NCBI GenBank assembly: GCA_018396865.1
Contig: JAGTRB010000003.1
Location: 8,575-72,574, forward strand
Source of the DNA: Candidatus Bathyarchaeota archaeon
GTDB taxonomy: Archaea > Thermoproteota > Bathyarchaeia > TCS64
DNA length: 64,000 nucleotides
Direction: 5' to 3'
In this document: piece by piece, positions 1 to 10,429 of the stretch
Numbering within the stretch: the stretch's first letter is position 1
Layout: each line of letters opens with the position of its first letter
Program-made: the position numbers and the translations under genes
The notes under the pieces: generated by a model
The model's database searches: none
Told to the model about the DNA's origin: nothing
What the model saw: the letters and a program-made list of their open reading frames with translations, nothing else

Positions 1-13
1 ATCCCTCCCTGGG

Positions 14-1126
14 TTGTTGGCCGGTTCTCTCCTTGTCTTCATATTCAGCCTTGAGGACCTTGGAGCCCCCATAGTCTTCCACGGGCACCCCCTCACGAGG
101 AAATTGATATCCTTCCAGGTCTACTCCCGCTTCATAAGCGAGACCGGGGCGAGGTCCCCGGAGATAGCCGCCCTCTCCCTCATCCTCCTCGCCTGCGCCA
201 TCTCCGTCTTTCTCGTCATAAAGAACTATGTCTCCCTTAGGCCCTACGCCACCGTGAGCAGGGGTGGGAGGTGGAAGCCCAGGCTTAGGAGGCTAGGCCT
301 GGGGGGGATGGCGGCCGTATATCTGATGCTACCCCTACTGGTATTCTCGTCACTCCCTCAGTTTGGTGTCGCGGTTCTGGCCTTCTCCGAGAGGTGGGCT
401 GGGATGCTGCCGGAGGGTCCCACCATCTGGAATCTGGCCCAGATCTTCGTCAACCCAAAGGTCTCGAGGTATCTCATCAACAGCCTCATCTACGCCCTCA
501 TCTCCCTGGCCCTCATGGTCTCCATATCCCTAATGGCCTCCTACGCTACGAGTAGGCTTAGGTTCAGTGGGGTATCGCTTATAGATGCGTTGGTCACATC
601 TCCAATAGCCATTCCTGGAATAGCCATCGCCATAGCCTACTTCTACTTCTTCTCAAACCACTTTAGGGGCTCTCCCCTTGATCCCATAAACGTCCTTCAG
701 TTCAACCCCGCCCCGATACTTATATTGGGATACTCCCTGAGGAGGATGCCCTTCGCCGCGAGGGCAATATTCGCGGGCCTTCAGCAGGTCCATGTCAACC
801 TGGAGGAGGCTGCAATGAACCTTGGGGCTGGGAGGCTTAGGACGATAGCCAGGGTCACAGTCCCCCTCATCTCCCTTAACATCCTAAGCGGGGCCCTAAC
901 GAGCTTCGTCTATGTTGTTGGGGAGGTGAGCCTCAGCATAATAATTGGGGTCTTGAACATGGAGTACGCCCCAATGACGGCATACATGAGGGATGTCTGG
1001 CTCTCAGCGGTGGGCTCCCTCCAGATAGCTGCTGCCCTAGGCCTCCTCCTCATGCTCATGCAGCTCTCCGTCATCCTAATCACCACCGTTGGGCTCAAGC
1101 AGAGATATGCCTTCATGGGTGTATAG
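14..1126 (+). CDS. ABC transporter permease (Fe3+/thiamine/polyamine FbpB-like), 5' truncated by window edge
   Basis: Multiple TM helices; EAA loop 'LEEAAMNLGAGRLRTI'; precedes ABC ATPase. Confidence 0.85.
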   Translation: MLAGSLLVFIFSLEDLGAPIVFHGHPLTRKLISFQVYSRFISETGARSPEIAALSLILLACAISVFLVIKNYVSLRPYATVSRGGRWKPRLRRLGLGGMAAVYLMLPLLVFSSLPQFGVAVLAFSERWAGMLPEGPTIWNLAQIFVNPKVSRYLINSLIYALISLALMVSISLMASYATSRLRFSGVSLIDALVTSPIAIPGIAIAIAYFYFFSNHFRGSPLDPINVLQFNPAPILILGYSLRRMPFAARAIFAGLQQVHVNLEEAAMNLGAGRLRTIARVTVPLISLNILSGALTSFVYVVGEVSLSIIIGVLNMEYAPMTAYMRDVWLSAVGSLQIAAALGLLLMLMQLSVILITTVGLKQRYAFMGV

Positions 1127-1127
1127 C

Positions 1128-2195
1128 ATGGTCGAGGTTAGGCTTGAGGGTGTGACGAAGAGGTTTGGAAGGGTCGTGGCGGTGGATGACGTTACCCTAT
1201 CCGTTAGGGATGGAGAGCTTTTCACCCTCCTCGGGCCAAGCGGGTGCGGGAAGACCACAGTCCTGAGGATCATAGCGGGCCTAGAACTCCCGGACTCTGG
1301 GAGGGTCTACTTCGGGGATAGGGATGTGACATCCATGAAGGCCTATGAGAGGAGGGCGGTAATGGTCTTCCAGAACTACGCCCTCTGGCCCCACATGAAG
1401 ATCTATGACAACGTCGCCTTCGGCCTCAGGCTCATGGGACTGGGGAGGGATGAGATATCTAAGAGGGTAAGAAGTGCATTGGAGATGGTGAGGCTGGGGG
1501 GCCTCGGGGATAGGTATCCTAATCAGCTCAGCGGGGGGGAGCAGCAGAGGGTGGCCCTAGCCAGGGCATTAGTCGTGGAGCCTGAGGTCCTCCTACTAGA
1601 CGAGCCTCTCAGCAACCTTGACGCCAAGCTGAGGGTCGAGATGAGGGAGGAGCTGAGGAGGCTTCAGAAGGAGCTCAAGATCACCTCGATCTATGTGACC
1701 CATGACCAAGAGGAGGCTCTAAGCATATCCGACAGGGTTGCAGTCATGAATAAGGGGAGGATCCATCAGGTTGGAACCCCCCTCGAGGTCTATGAGAAGC
1801 CGGTCGACCCCTTCGTCGCCTCCTTCTTAGGGAGGGCCTCAACCATATACGGAGTCCTAGCCGGGGTTGAGGGAGGCCTAGCCCTAGTCGACTCTGGAGG
1901 CATGAGGTTCAGGGGGAGGCTTCTGGGGGGGGCTCCAGAGGGCTCAAGGGTTGTTGCCATATTCAGGCCTGAGGACTTCACATTCGGCTTAGGGGTTGAA
2001 GGGCTCAACGTGTTTGAAGGGGTTGTCGACACCGTGATGTTCCTAGGGGCCCACTTCCACATAAGGGTTCAAGTGGATGGCATGGAGCTCCTCGCCAGGG
2101 TTGAGCCCAGATTGGTGCCAGAAAAGGGGTCCAGGATCAAGCTTGTTATAGATCCTGATCAGGTGAAGGTCCTGCCCGCCCCCGATAAATCTTAA
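1128..2195 (+). CDS. ABC transporter ATP-binding subunit (PotA/FbpC/MalK type, C-terminal TOBE)
   Basis: Walker A GPSGCGKT, signature LSGGEQQR, Walker B LLLDEP; start taken at ATG 1128 just after the permease stop. Confidence 0.92.
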   Translation: MVEVRLEGVTKRFGRVVAVDDVTLSVRDGELFTLLGPSGCGKTTVLRIIAGLELPDSGRVYFGDRDVTSMKAYERRAVMVFQNYALWPHMKIYDNVAFGLRLMGLGRDEISKRVRSALEMVRLGGLGDRYPNQLSGGEQQRVALARALVVEPEVLLLDEPLSNLDAKLRVEMREELRRLQKELKITSIYVTHDQEEALSISDRVAVMNKGRIHQVGTPLEVYEKPVDPFVASFLGRASTIYGVLAGVEGGLALVDSGGMRFRGRLLGGAPEGSRVVAIFRPEDFTFGLGVEGLNVFEGVVDTVMFLGAHFHIRVQVDGMELLARVEPRLVPEKGSRIKLVIDPDQVKVLPAPDKS

Positions 2196-2221
2196 ATTAG
2201 AACTCCGAGAATGGGTCACAT

Positions 2222-4426
2222 GTGAGAGGCATTAAAACCCTCGCGATAATAATCCTCATCACACTCACCTCCCTCCCCATCCACCCTTTAAAGGGTGAGG
2301 AGCAGCTTCCGAGGTTTCTCCAGCCAAGGCTTGGAAACCCCTATCCAGCCCAGCCGGGGATGAGCCTCAATATAACCCTAAAAGCCCCCTCTGAGGCCTC
2401 GGAGTGGATGGTAGAGGCCTACTCCATCGTTGAGGAAGGTGGAGGTCTAACCCTAATGAACTACAGCCTACCCGTGGATGGGGCCTGGCTGGATGGGTGG
2501 AGTTGGAAGATCCAAGTGAGGATACCTGATGGGATGAGGCCAGCCCTATACTGGGTCAGGGCCATATACAAGCTAGCCGGAGGGCTAAACTCCATAGAGG
2601 AGCCGGAATCCCTTTGGATCCTTGATAGGTGGCCCAAGGAACTCACAATCCTCCAGTTGACAGATACCCACATAGGATACCAAGCCGAATCCTCTATGAG
2701 AACCCTCACCGGCCTTCTCATGGCCAAGCTCCTGAACGCCTCCATCATCCTCGTCACCGGAGATGTGACAGATACTGCGACAGACTCCCAGGCCCAGGAG
2801 TTCAGATCCCTCCTCCTCAACTATTCCCTCGGCACTCCCAAGTTCATAATACCTGGAAATCACGACCGAAAGACGGAGGCCTACGAGAAATATATAGGGG
2901 ATAGAAACTATGCCGTGGACATCGGCAGCTTCTCCATAATCGGACTAGACACAGGAGATGAGGGCTACATAGGCCCCGAGCTGATAGAATGGGCGAATAG
3001 GACCCTAAGATCTTTATGGGGGAGGACGAAGATCGTTATATTCCACCACCCCCTCTTCGACGGATCCATATATGGAACTCTGAACTTCAACGGGACGCTG
3101 AGCAGAACCTGGCTATACTCAAGCTGGAGGGGGGTTTATGAATACGCCTCGAGGCTTCTGGAGGTCCTCATGGAGAACAATGTCACTATCGTCCTTTCAG
3201 GCCATATCCACACCGACAGGATTCTCCAATTCAAGTACCTGAACAGAAGCATATACTTCGTCACCACCTCCACTACTGGGGCTGGGAGGCCCGAGTATAA
3301 CGGGGTTAGGCTCCTAAGGGTCGGGGAAGATGGCTCCGTTGAGATAAGAACCCCTCCCTGGAGGGGCCTCGAGGGGTACCCAAACTCCATCCCCGTGGAG
3401 CCTGTGGCCTCCATAACCTCGGCCGGCGAGGTGAGGCTTACAGGTGAGAAACCCCTATTCAGCTCGGTCTCCTCAATAGATGGTTCTTCCCTCAGCCTAT
3501 CCCTAAACTTGCCATTCGACTGGTTGAAGCTTGCCGGTAGAGTAATACTCCCAGTGAGTTGGAAGGCCCCTAAGGATGCCTACACCCTTTACCTATCGAG
3601 GGTTGAAAACGAAAGTTCGGCACGCCTTTTAGACGCCATGTCCGTGTCGGGCTTGAACTACTTCTTGGTTGATCTGAATCTTCTGGGGCCTTCAGGCCTG
3701 GTCTTCACGCTCTCAAGCTTTAAGGATATTCACCCCCCCTCAGCCTCCATAGCCTATACCGTCCCCTCCACTCCCTCAGCAGACTCCCCGATAACCGTCT
3801 ACCTCCAATCCAGGGATGAGGGGTGGGGGATCCTCTCAGTCATCCTCAGGGAAGAGCTCAGGTTAGGTGATAAGGTGGAAAAGAAGGATTACCCCGCAAA
3901 TAAGGAGAGAGGGGACCTATACTCCGTAAGGTTGCCAGGGTATCCACCCGGCTCCAATGTAACCCTGACCTGCATAGCCCTAGATGCAGCCCTGCTGGAG
4001 GGGAGAAGCTCACCCCTCACCATATCCCTCCCCCCTCCACCGGCACCCTCCTTCACCTTAAAGGCGCTTAACATCTCAAAAGAGGCTGTAGAGCCCAACG
4101 AGGAGATAATCATCAAGGTCACCCTAGCCAATGTCGGTAATGCTCAGGGCTCCCACAAGGTCTCCCTGAGGGTTAATGGGACGGAGCTGCAAACCCGAGA
4201 TGTTGAATTACCCCCCGGCATGGAGATGCCTATCGAGTTCAAGCTTAGGCTTGAGAAGGTAGGAACCTACATCATAGATGTGGATGGCCTAACCAGATCC
4301 TTAAAGGTCTCACAGCCCCCCTCAGAGCAGCCCATCGGATTAACCGTTCAGTACATAGTTATAACGGTAGTTCTAGCCTCTATCATCGCCGCCCTAGTCT
4401 TGTATATGGGAAGGAGAAAAAGATAG
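2222..4426 (+). CDS. Membrane-anchored extracellular metallophosphoesterase with CARDB-like domain
   Basis: Signal peptide; calcineurin-like motifs DTH, GDVTD, GNHD, HH, GHIH; Ig-like 'VTLANVGNAQG' segment; C-terminal TM plus RRKR. Confidence 0.8.
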   Translation: MRGIKTLAIIILITLTSLPIHPLKGEEQLPRFLQPRLGNPYPAQPGMSLNITLKAPSEASEWMVEAYSIVEEGGGLTLMNYSLPVDGAWLDGWSWKIQVRIPDGMRPALYWVRAIYKLAGGLNSIEEPESLWILDRWPKELTILQLTDTHIGYQAESSMRTLTGLLMAKLLNASIILVTGDVTDTATDSQAQEFRSLLLNYSLGTPKFIIPGNHDRKTEAYEKYIGDRNYAVDIGSFSIIGLDTGDEGYIGPELIEWANRTLRSLWGRTKIVIFHHPLFDGSIYGTLNFNGTLSRTWLYSSWRGVYEYASRLLEVLMENNVTIVLSGHIHTDRILQFKYLNRSIYFVTTSTTGAGRPEYNGVRLLRVGEDGSVEIRTPPWRGLEGYPNSIPVEPVASITSAGEVRLTGEKPLFSSVSSIDGSSLSLSLNLPFDWLKLAGRVILPVSWKAPKDAYTLYLSRVENESSARLLDAMSVSGLNYFLVDLNLLGPSGLVFTLSSFKDIHPPSASIAYTVPSTPSADSPITVYLQSRDEGWGILSVILREELRLGDKVEKKDYPANKERGDLYSVRLPGYPPGSNVTLTCIALDAALLEGRSSPLTISLPPPPAPSFTLKALNISKEAVEPNEEIIIKVTLANVGNAQGSHKVSLRVNGTELQTRDVELPPGMEMPIEFKLRLEKVGTYIIDVDGLTRSLKVSQPPSEQPIGLTVQYIVITVVLASIIAALVLYMGRRKR

Positions 4427-4503
4427 GATATTTTCGATCTCCGGGTTTTGAGTAGACCATAAAGCTTTGACATTATCGTTAAATGGTTTCTTTATGTAAC
4501 CCC

Positions 4504-4767
4504 CTATACATCCCCGTTCTCCCTAATTTTGATATCCTCGTAGGGAGCCACAACCCTCCTGTAGAACTCCTGCTTGACGCACTCCAGAACTCCCATAGCC
4601 CTGTTCAGGTGGAAGTACCTGAGAGGGTAGACCTCCTTCAATATCTTCGTGACAACGTAGTTCAGTTCTCCGTCGACCTCCTCAACTGGAAGAGCCTTCA
4701 GGATACCTATGAGTTCCTCTAGAACCTTTTCATATTTTGGCCTCCTATCCCTGCTTATATAAGGCAT
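4504..4767 (-). CDS. Small conserved helical protein (DUF6899-like)
   Basis: MPYI..R start, GELNY, GVLECVKQEFYRRVVAPYEDxK...NGDV pattern. Confidence 0.7.
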   Translation of the reverse strand: MPYISRDRRPKYEKVLEELIGILKALPVEEVDGELNYVVTKILKEVYPLRYFHLNRAMGVLECVKQEFYRRVVAPYEDIKIRENGDV

Positions 4768-4822
4768 GATGTTTCCTCCCCTGGTAGGTTCTAGTAATCC
4801 CGATATTTAACGGGTTTTCGGG

Positions 4823-5953
4823 CTAGATCCACCTCGCTCCTTCCCGAGTAGGCTGGAAGGTCCCCCTAAGGAACTCGATAAGGTCCTTCTTCTCCTGGAA
4901 TATCTTCGTAGAGTACCACTCGAAGAAGGGGCTGGGCTCGTATGGGTAGTAGGCGTATACGAACTTCGCTAGGCTTCTAGCCTCGACCATCTCGCACATC
5001 ACCCCGGCTGAGAGCTGCTCTCTAGGGTGGTAGGCTACGACCGCGTAGCAGCTCTCGATGATCTTGTAGTCTATGTCTATTATCTGGGCCCTGATGTTCT
5101 TTATAGCCGCCTCCACCTCCCAGGAGTCGAGTTCATACTCCTTCAGCCCTTCAGCGTAACCGATGGAAACCCTTATTCTATTAGGTATGTTCATCCCCTT
5201 CTCTCTCGCCTCGTTCCTAACCCGCCTCCAGGCATCCACGATGCTCCAATCCTTTATCATGGAGGGGATGAAGACTGTGCAGTATGGCTGGATCTCGGAG
5301 GCGAACGCCTTGACCTCCTCTAGAAACTGGCTGGATTCTCCGGTTATTGGGTGGCTGAGGTAGACCTTCTTCTTATCCCCGTCGAATATGAGTTCTTTCA
5401 GGAGCCCTATGCCATGCTCTCGCGCCACTATGTAGAACTCCCTATGGGGGGTGAAGCTCTTTGAGAGGGTGTACACCCCCTTAATCTCCTCCCTCCTCCA
5501 CTGGGCCAGCTCTCCAATCGTGAACTGATGCTCCATCCACTGGGGGTCTCTCCTGAGCCTCTCCCTCACCCTGATGAGGTCGTCTATCACGACGATGAAT
5601 ATGTCTGGGTTGAGGCTCTTGACCTCCTCCTCCTTCAACCCCTCATACGACATCCCCCTCCACTCGAAGTGGTATGGGGTGCTTATTATGTGAACACCGC
5701 CACTCCCCTTAGTCTCCTCTATGATCCTCTTTATGGCCGCTTCCCTGAAGGCCTCAAGCTTATCAGGCTTGCTGTCATAGAAGTCCAACACATTCAGCTT
5801 ACTAAGATAGTAGCCTTCACTCCTAGCCTCCTCAACGATGTAGTCGAAGAGATGATAATAAGAGAACTCCTGCCTCCTCCTCAACTCCTCAAGATAATCA
5901 TCCCTACCGCTACCAGGCTGACCACAACAGATTACCACAATCCTCTCCGACAT
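4823..5953 (-). CDS. Nucleotide-kinase-like P-loop domain fused to nucleoside 2-deoxyribosyltransferase-like domain
   Basis: N-terminal GQPGSGR P-loop with AdkA-like layout; C-terminal VYLSHPIT...D...SAGVMCE Rossmannoid motif. Confidence 0.6.
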   Translation of the reverse strand: MSERIVVICCGQPGSGRDDYLEELRRRQEFSYYHLFDYIVEEARSEGYYLSKLNVLDFYDSKPDKLEAFREAAIKRIIEETKGSGGVHIISTPYHFEWRGMSYEGLKEEEVKSLNPDIFIVVIDDLIRVRERLRRDPQWMEHQFTIGELAQWRREEIKGVYTLSKSFTPHREFYIVAREHGIGLLKELIFDGDKKKVYLSHPITGESSQFLEEVKAFASEIQPYCTVFIPSMIKDWSIVDAWRRVRNEAREKGMNIPNRIRVSIGYAEGLKEYELDSWEVEAAIKNIRAQIIDIDYKIIESCYAVVAYHPREQLSAGVMCEMVEARSLAKFVYAYYPYEPSPFFEWYSTKIFQEKKDLIEFLRGTFQPTREGARWI

Positions 5954-6223
5954 CTACCACTATGCATAGCTATAAGCATACTAGCTGATAAGTTTGACTC
6001 AGAGGTCTCTCAGTAATCAAGATCCATCTAGTGAAAGATAATATGATGTTTCAAACTTCAACTGAAGAATTTCTCCCAGACTAATCGATGATAAAAAGGA
6101 AAGGTTTTAGAATGTATCCCGAATACCAGCGTCTCCCTTTTAGCAAGCAGGTTTCATGCGTGATGTCTTGAAGGAAATATCTCTAATTATAAATCTCTGC
6201 AGAGATGATCTCAGGGAGCGTCC

Positions 6224-7249
6224 TTGCGCGTTGCCATGTACTACAGGAATGACGATATAAGGATAGTGGAAATGCCCACCCCTAAGATCGGGGAGGGTGA
6301 ACTGCTGCTCAAGGTAATGGCGAGTGGGATCTGCGGAAGCGATGTGATGGAGTGGTATAGAGTGAAGAAGGCCCCGAGGGTTCTGGGACACGAGGTGGCC
6401 GGGCTGGTCACAGAGGTAGGCGAGGGGGTCGCGAATTTCAGGGTTGGCGACAGGGTTGTGGTCTCTCATCACGTCCCCTGCAACACCTGCCGCCACTGTT
6501 TAAGGGGGGAGCACACGGCCTGCGAAACCCTCCACACGACCAACATAGACCCAGGAGGATTCGCCGAGTATGCTAGGGTTCCAAGGATAAACGTGGATAG
6601 AGGCGTCTTCAGACTTCCTGATGAGGTGAGCTTCGAGGAGGGGGTCTTCGTAGAGCCCCTAGCATGCGTCCTGAGGTCTCAGAGGAGGCTGGCGATCCGA
6701 CCTGGCGACACCGTTCTGATCCTTGGAAGCGGGGTCTCAGGCATCCTCCACATACAGCTCTCCAAGATATTTGGAGCTGGGAGGATACTAGCTACGGATA
6801 TAAACGAGTATCGACTAAGAGCGGCTGAAAAGTTCGGTGCCGACATCGCTCTAGACGGCAGAGGGGATATCACAGAACTACTCAAGGATCTTAATGATGG
6901 GAGGGGAGCTGACCATGTAATAGTCTGCACTAACGCCCTCCCAGCCATAAGGCAAGCATTCAAATGCGTCGATGATACAGGAAAGATCCTATTCTTCGCA
7001 CCCACACCGCCAGGCGTCGAGGTCCCTCTAGACCTCAACGACCTCTGGAGCAGGCAGATCACTCTAACGACCAGCTATGCCGCCGCTCCATCAGACCTAG
7101 CCTCAGCCCTTAAACTCATACGAGCAGGTCGAGTAAAGGTCAAGGATATGATAACCCATAGGCTAGGTTTAAAGGATACGGGTCTAGGGTTCAGGATCGT
7201 TGCAGAGGCCGGGGAATCCTTAAAGGTCATCGTAGAACCACATCGATAA
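6224..7249 (+). CDS. Zn-dependent medium-chain alcohol/polyol dehydrogenase
   Basis: CGSD, GHE, structural Zn CxxCxxC...C, Rossmann GSGVSG. Confidence 0.9.
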   Translation: MRVAMYYRNDDIRIVEMPTPKIGEGELLLKVMASGICGSDVMEWYRVKKAPRVLGHEVAGLVTEVGEGVANFRVGDRVVVSHHVPCNTCRHCLRGEHTACETLHTTNIDPGGFAEYARVPRINVDRGVFRLPDEVSFEEGVFVEPLACVLRSQRRLAIRPGDTVLILGSGVSGILHIQLSKIFGAGRILATDINEYRLRAAEKFGADIALDGRGDITELLKDLNDGRGADHVIVCTNALPAIRQAFKCVDDTGKILFFAPTPPGVEVPLDLNDLWSRQITLTTSYAAAPSDLASALKLIRAGRVKVKDMITHRLGLKDTGLGFRIVAEAGESLKVIVEPHR

Positions 7250-7440
7250 GCTTACGGGAAAACTCTCCTAATTCCAAAATAGTTGACAATGGATGTTATA
7301 ATGGAGAGAATTATTGTAATTTTCAAAAAGGATTTTAAAGGAGACTTTCAATCAATATTTTTAATTTTAGACAGTAGCCTTTCAACAAATGATCTTTATA
7401 ACATATAGAGTTGTAAGTCCATAGAGATTCAGAAGATTTT

Positions 7441-8061
7441 TCAGCAATTCTCATAGATCTCTTCGAGGCCAAGCCTCTCGGAGCGATATAGCGGATGGGC
7501 TATGCAGAAGTCGACTCCTCTGAGAAGTGCCTTCCAGTTCATAGATGGTGGTTCAGCTCCCTCGACCAGGGGCATCCACATCAAATGGGTCTTGAAGCAT
7601 GCCTCCGGATGTTTAACCCTATGCCTCATCCTCCTAGAGTCTATCGATTTGAATCCTAGGTATTCCATATGTCTCAGTTTGAACCAGGGGCTTGGATGTC
7701 CCTCTAGGGCAATCGTCGCGATGACCCTCGCATCTCCCACGGACTCCAAGACCCTCCTCATCAGAACCCTGCCGAAACCTCGACCCCCAGCTCTCCTCAG
7801 AACCCATATACAGTTTAATACCCATACATCTGAGCCGGATATTGGATATGCAGAGGCCTCCGCTGGGCTATACTCTACTTGGCCGACTGCCTCCCCATCT
7901 ACAAAAAGAACATACTTCTTAAGACCTTTAGGGATCGCCTCAGCTAGATACTCCCCCCTCTTCCTATAATGTCTAAATGGCATCGGGGATAAGCACCTGT
8001 AAAGGAGCCTCTCCCAGCCTGGATTTCTGATGACATCGACAATCTCGAGAACCGAATTCAA
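7441..8061 (-). CDS. GNAT family N-acetyltransferase (YoaP-like)
   Basis: 'LNCIWV..RAGGRGFG' acetyl-CoA motif A; start placed at TTG 8061 about 25 nt below a TATA-like tract. Confidence 0.7.
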   Translation of the reverse strand: MNSVLEIVDVIRNPGWERLLYRCLSPMPFRHYRKRGEYLAEAIPKGLKKYVLFVDGEAVGQVEYSPAEASAYPISGSDVWVLNCIWVLRRAGGRGFGRVLMRRVLESVGDARVIATIALEGHPSPWFKLRHMEYLGFKSIDSRRMRHRVKHPEACFKTHLMWMPLVEGAEPPSMNWKALLRGVDFCIAHPLYRSERLGLEEIYENC

Positions 8062-8163
8062 GATGGACAAGATCCCCGGTTCTAGTATAATAATAGTGAC
8101 GTTATAACATCTAAGCTTCTCTAACAAAAGTAGTAAGGTTAAGGTAAACTTTTGTCTTATCCT

Positions 8164-9006
8164 TTATTCTGCCTCAGCGGTTGCTGCTATGGTGATGGCG
8201 GCCCGTAGACCCCTTAGAGCCGTGGGATAATCGTTGAAGACGGCTTTCAGCGTTCTTCCATCTACCCTCTCGATGTAGGGGAGCACAGCTGCGGCGTCGG
8301 CCATCGACGGTGTGACGACCCTTAGCCTGAACTCAGTGGGTTCGGCAATCCTATAGGGTTTGATCTCTTTAGAGCTAGCTAATGCCTCGGCCACTGTCTT
8401 CTCGATGAGGGCCCTCGCCTTCTCAGGATGGAGGCACCTTGCAGAATATCTGCCTACACCCCACTTGACGATGGCTGTCTTGATCCCGGGAACCAAGCTC
8501 CTAGCCTCGGCGGCTACTGCTGAGTCTCCTGAGATGAATACAGATGGGACTCCGTACCAGCCTGCGAGGGCGGAGTTCAGGCCGAACTCCCCTGTCTCGA
8601 GGCCATTGATATATATGGCGTCAACAGTCCTACTCGAGATCGTATGGCATAGTATGCCATTTCTGGTGCCGTTCATAGCGTGGTATCCCACGTACAGGGC
8701 GGCGTCAAAGCTCCCATCGATCCCCTCCATCATAGATAGGGGCTTTGGCGAGCCCCTCACCAGCTGGGCTGCCTCGTGGACCTCCTCTGGCTGGAGGTTT
8801 CTCATCCTCCCATGGGCGTCGGAGACCACAACCTCATCAGCGCCAGCCTTGAGGGCCCCCTCAACCGCCGCGTTCAGGTCTCCCACCATGAGTTTTCTTC
8901 CCACCCCATACTCCTGGGGGTCACGGCCCACCTGGGACCAGTCGACTATCCCGCTGACCCCCTCCATATCTATGGAAATGAAAACCCTCTTGGGCTTCTC
9001 AACCAT
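8164..9006 (-). CDS. dppA: D-aminopeptidase, M55 family
   Basis: SIDMEG, DAHG, GYHA, HT, ISGD motifs. Confidence 0.9.
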   Translation of the reverse strand: MVEKPKRVFISIDMEGVSGIVDWSQVGRDPQEYGVGRKLMVGDLNAAVEGALKAGADEVVVSDAHGRMRNLQPEEVHEAAQLVRGSPKPLSMMEGIDGSFDAALYVGYHAMNGTRNGILCHTISSRTVDAIYINGLETGEFGLNSALAGWYGVPSVFISGDSAVAAEARSLVPGIKTAIVKWGVGRYSARCLHPEKARALIEKTVAEALASSKEIKPYRIAEPTEFRLRVVTPSMADAAAVLPYIERVDGRTLKAVFNDYPTALRGLRAAITIAATAEAE

Positions 9007-9160
9007 TTTCTCATCCTCACATAACCATATCTACTTTAAGATTTAAAATGGATCATTCTCGGAATCATAAGCCCTTTAATTGGATCTCGATTAATATATC
9101 CTTCGAATTGTCTGGAGGACTTGATGTTCTGCAACATTTTAAAGTATCTCTGATTTTCTT

Positions 9161-9979
9161 TTGGATGTGAGCCTCCGTCCCATCTTTCCATCTACTGGTG
9201 GGTTGATGAGGGTAGCCTGCTTCATGTCAGGCTCTGGCACCAATGTTAGGAGGATAATCGAGGCCTCGCTGAGGGAGGGTTCAAGGTATAAGGTGGTTCT
9301 CATATTCACCGATGTGAAGGATGATAGGTTTGACGTGGAGGGGAATAGGATCTGCAGGGCCAGAGAGATCTCCAATGAGTTCGGGATCCCCTACGAGTGC
9401 ATAGACATCCTAGACTTCTACAGGAGCAGGGGATACGATTCCAAGAGGGTCCTGGCCATCCGCCCAGAGTATGACAAGGCAGTCGCCGAGCTGATCGAGC
9501 CGTATAATGTCGACCTCATCGCGCTCGGCGGGTACATGAGCATATTGACAAAACCGATCCTAGAGAGGTATGAGGGGAGGATAGTCAACGTCCACCCAGC
9601 CGACCTATCGGTGACAGAGAATGGCCGCAGGAAGTATACGGGCCTCCACGCTGTTAGGGATGCAATCCTCTCCGGGGAGAGATGGATCTACTCCACAACC
9701 CACATCGTTAGGGAGAAGGTTGACTACGGGGAGATACTTGTAAGGTCAAAGCCTGTAGAGGTAAGGCTCCCGGAGGGGGTTTCCCTGGAGAGGCTTAAGG
9801 TGGACAGGGATTTGCTGGAGGGGGTTGTGAGGGAGAACCAGGAGAGGCTGAAAGAGAGGGGGGACTGGGTGATATATCCTCTGACGCTCCAGCTGATAGC
9901 TGAGGGTAGATTCGCCCTCGATGGGAGGGGAGGAGTATATCTCGATGGTGTACCTCTACCTTATGGGCTGAGGCTCTGA
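9161..9979 (+). CDS. purN: Phosphoribosylglycinamide formyltransferase (PurN-type)
   Basis: SGSGTN, LGGYM, NVHP, D-x-G motifs; exact start uncertain. Confidence 0.75.
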   Translation: MDVSLRPIFPSTGGLMRVACFMSGSGTNVRRIIEASLREGSRYKVVLIFTDVKDDRFDVEGNRICRAREISNEFGIPYECIDILDFYRSRGYDSKRVLAIRPEYDKAVAELIEPYNVDLIALGGYMSILTKPILERYEGRIVNVHPADLSVTENGRRKYTGLHAVRDAILSGERWIYSTTHIVREKVDYGEILVRSKPVEVRLPEGVSLERLKVDRDLLEGVVRENQERLKERGDWVIYPLTLQLIAEGRFALDGRGGVYLDGVPLPYGLRL

Positions 9980-10429
9980 GATGGATGCGACTACGGCGTT
10001 GTTGAGGCGGATGACGTCCTCCACCCGAACCTCCAGGAGAAGGTCTCTGGATCCCCCTCCACAGAATATCTTCTCAAGCTTGGTCAACTCATCATCCACA
10101 ACCACCTTGACCCTCCCCCTGTAACCCAGGGAGGGGGTTCCACCTGGAGGGTAGCCGCTCACCGCCTCAGCCTCCTCAGGAGATAGAAGCCTCACATTCT
10201 TCACTCCTAGGGCCTCTGATGCCTTTCTGAGATTTACCCTCCTATCCCCGGGGATTATCAGCACAACGTGTTCTCCCCTGTCCGTGGCCGAGAGGAGGTT
10301 CTTTGTTATCCTGTGGAGCTCTATACCGGTGGCGGAGGCCGCATCCGCGGTGTGTACGGTCTCACTTTTGGAGATGAACCTATAATAGACCCCCTTGCTC
10401 TTGAGATACTCCTCTAGAGGGCTCTTCAA
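9956..10429 (-). CDS. YbaK/EbsC/ProX family aminoacyl-tRNA deacylase
   Basis: ITKNLL, GYPPGGTPSLG, CGGG motifs. Confidence 0.88.
   Translation of the reverse strand: MKSPLEEYLKSKGVYYRFISKSETVHTADAASATGIELHRITKNLLSATDRGEHVVLIIPGDRRVNLRKASEALGVKNVRLLSPEEAEAVSGYPPGGTPSLGYRGRVKVVVDDELTKLEKIFCGGGSRDLLLEVRVEDVIRLNNAVVASISEPQPIR

Noticed and set aside
7283..7302. TTGACA...TATAAT bacterial-like promoter
   Set aside because: Spacer only 8 nt and the genome is archaeal
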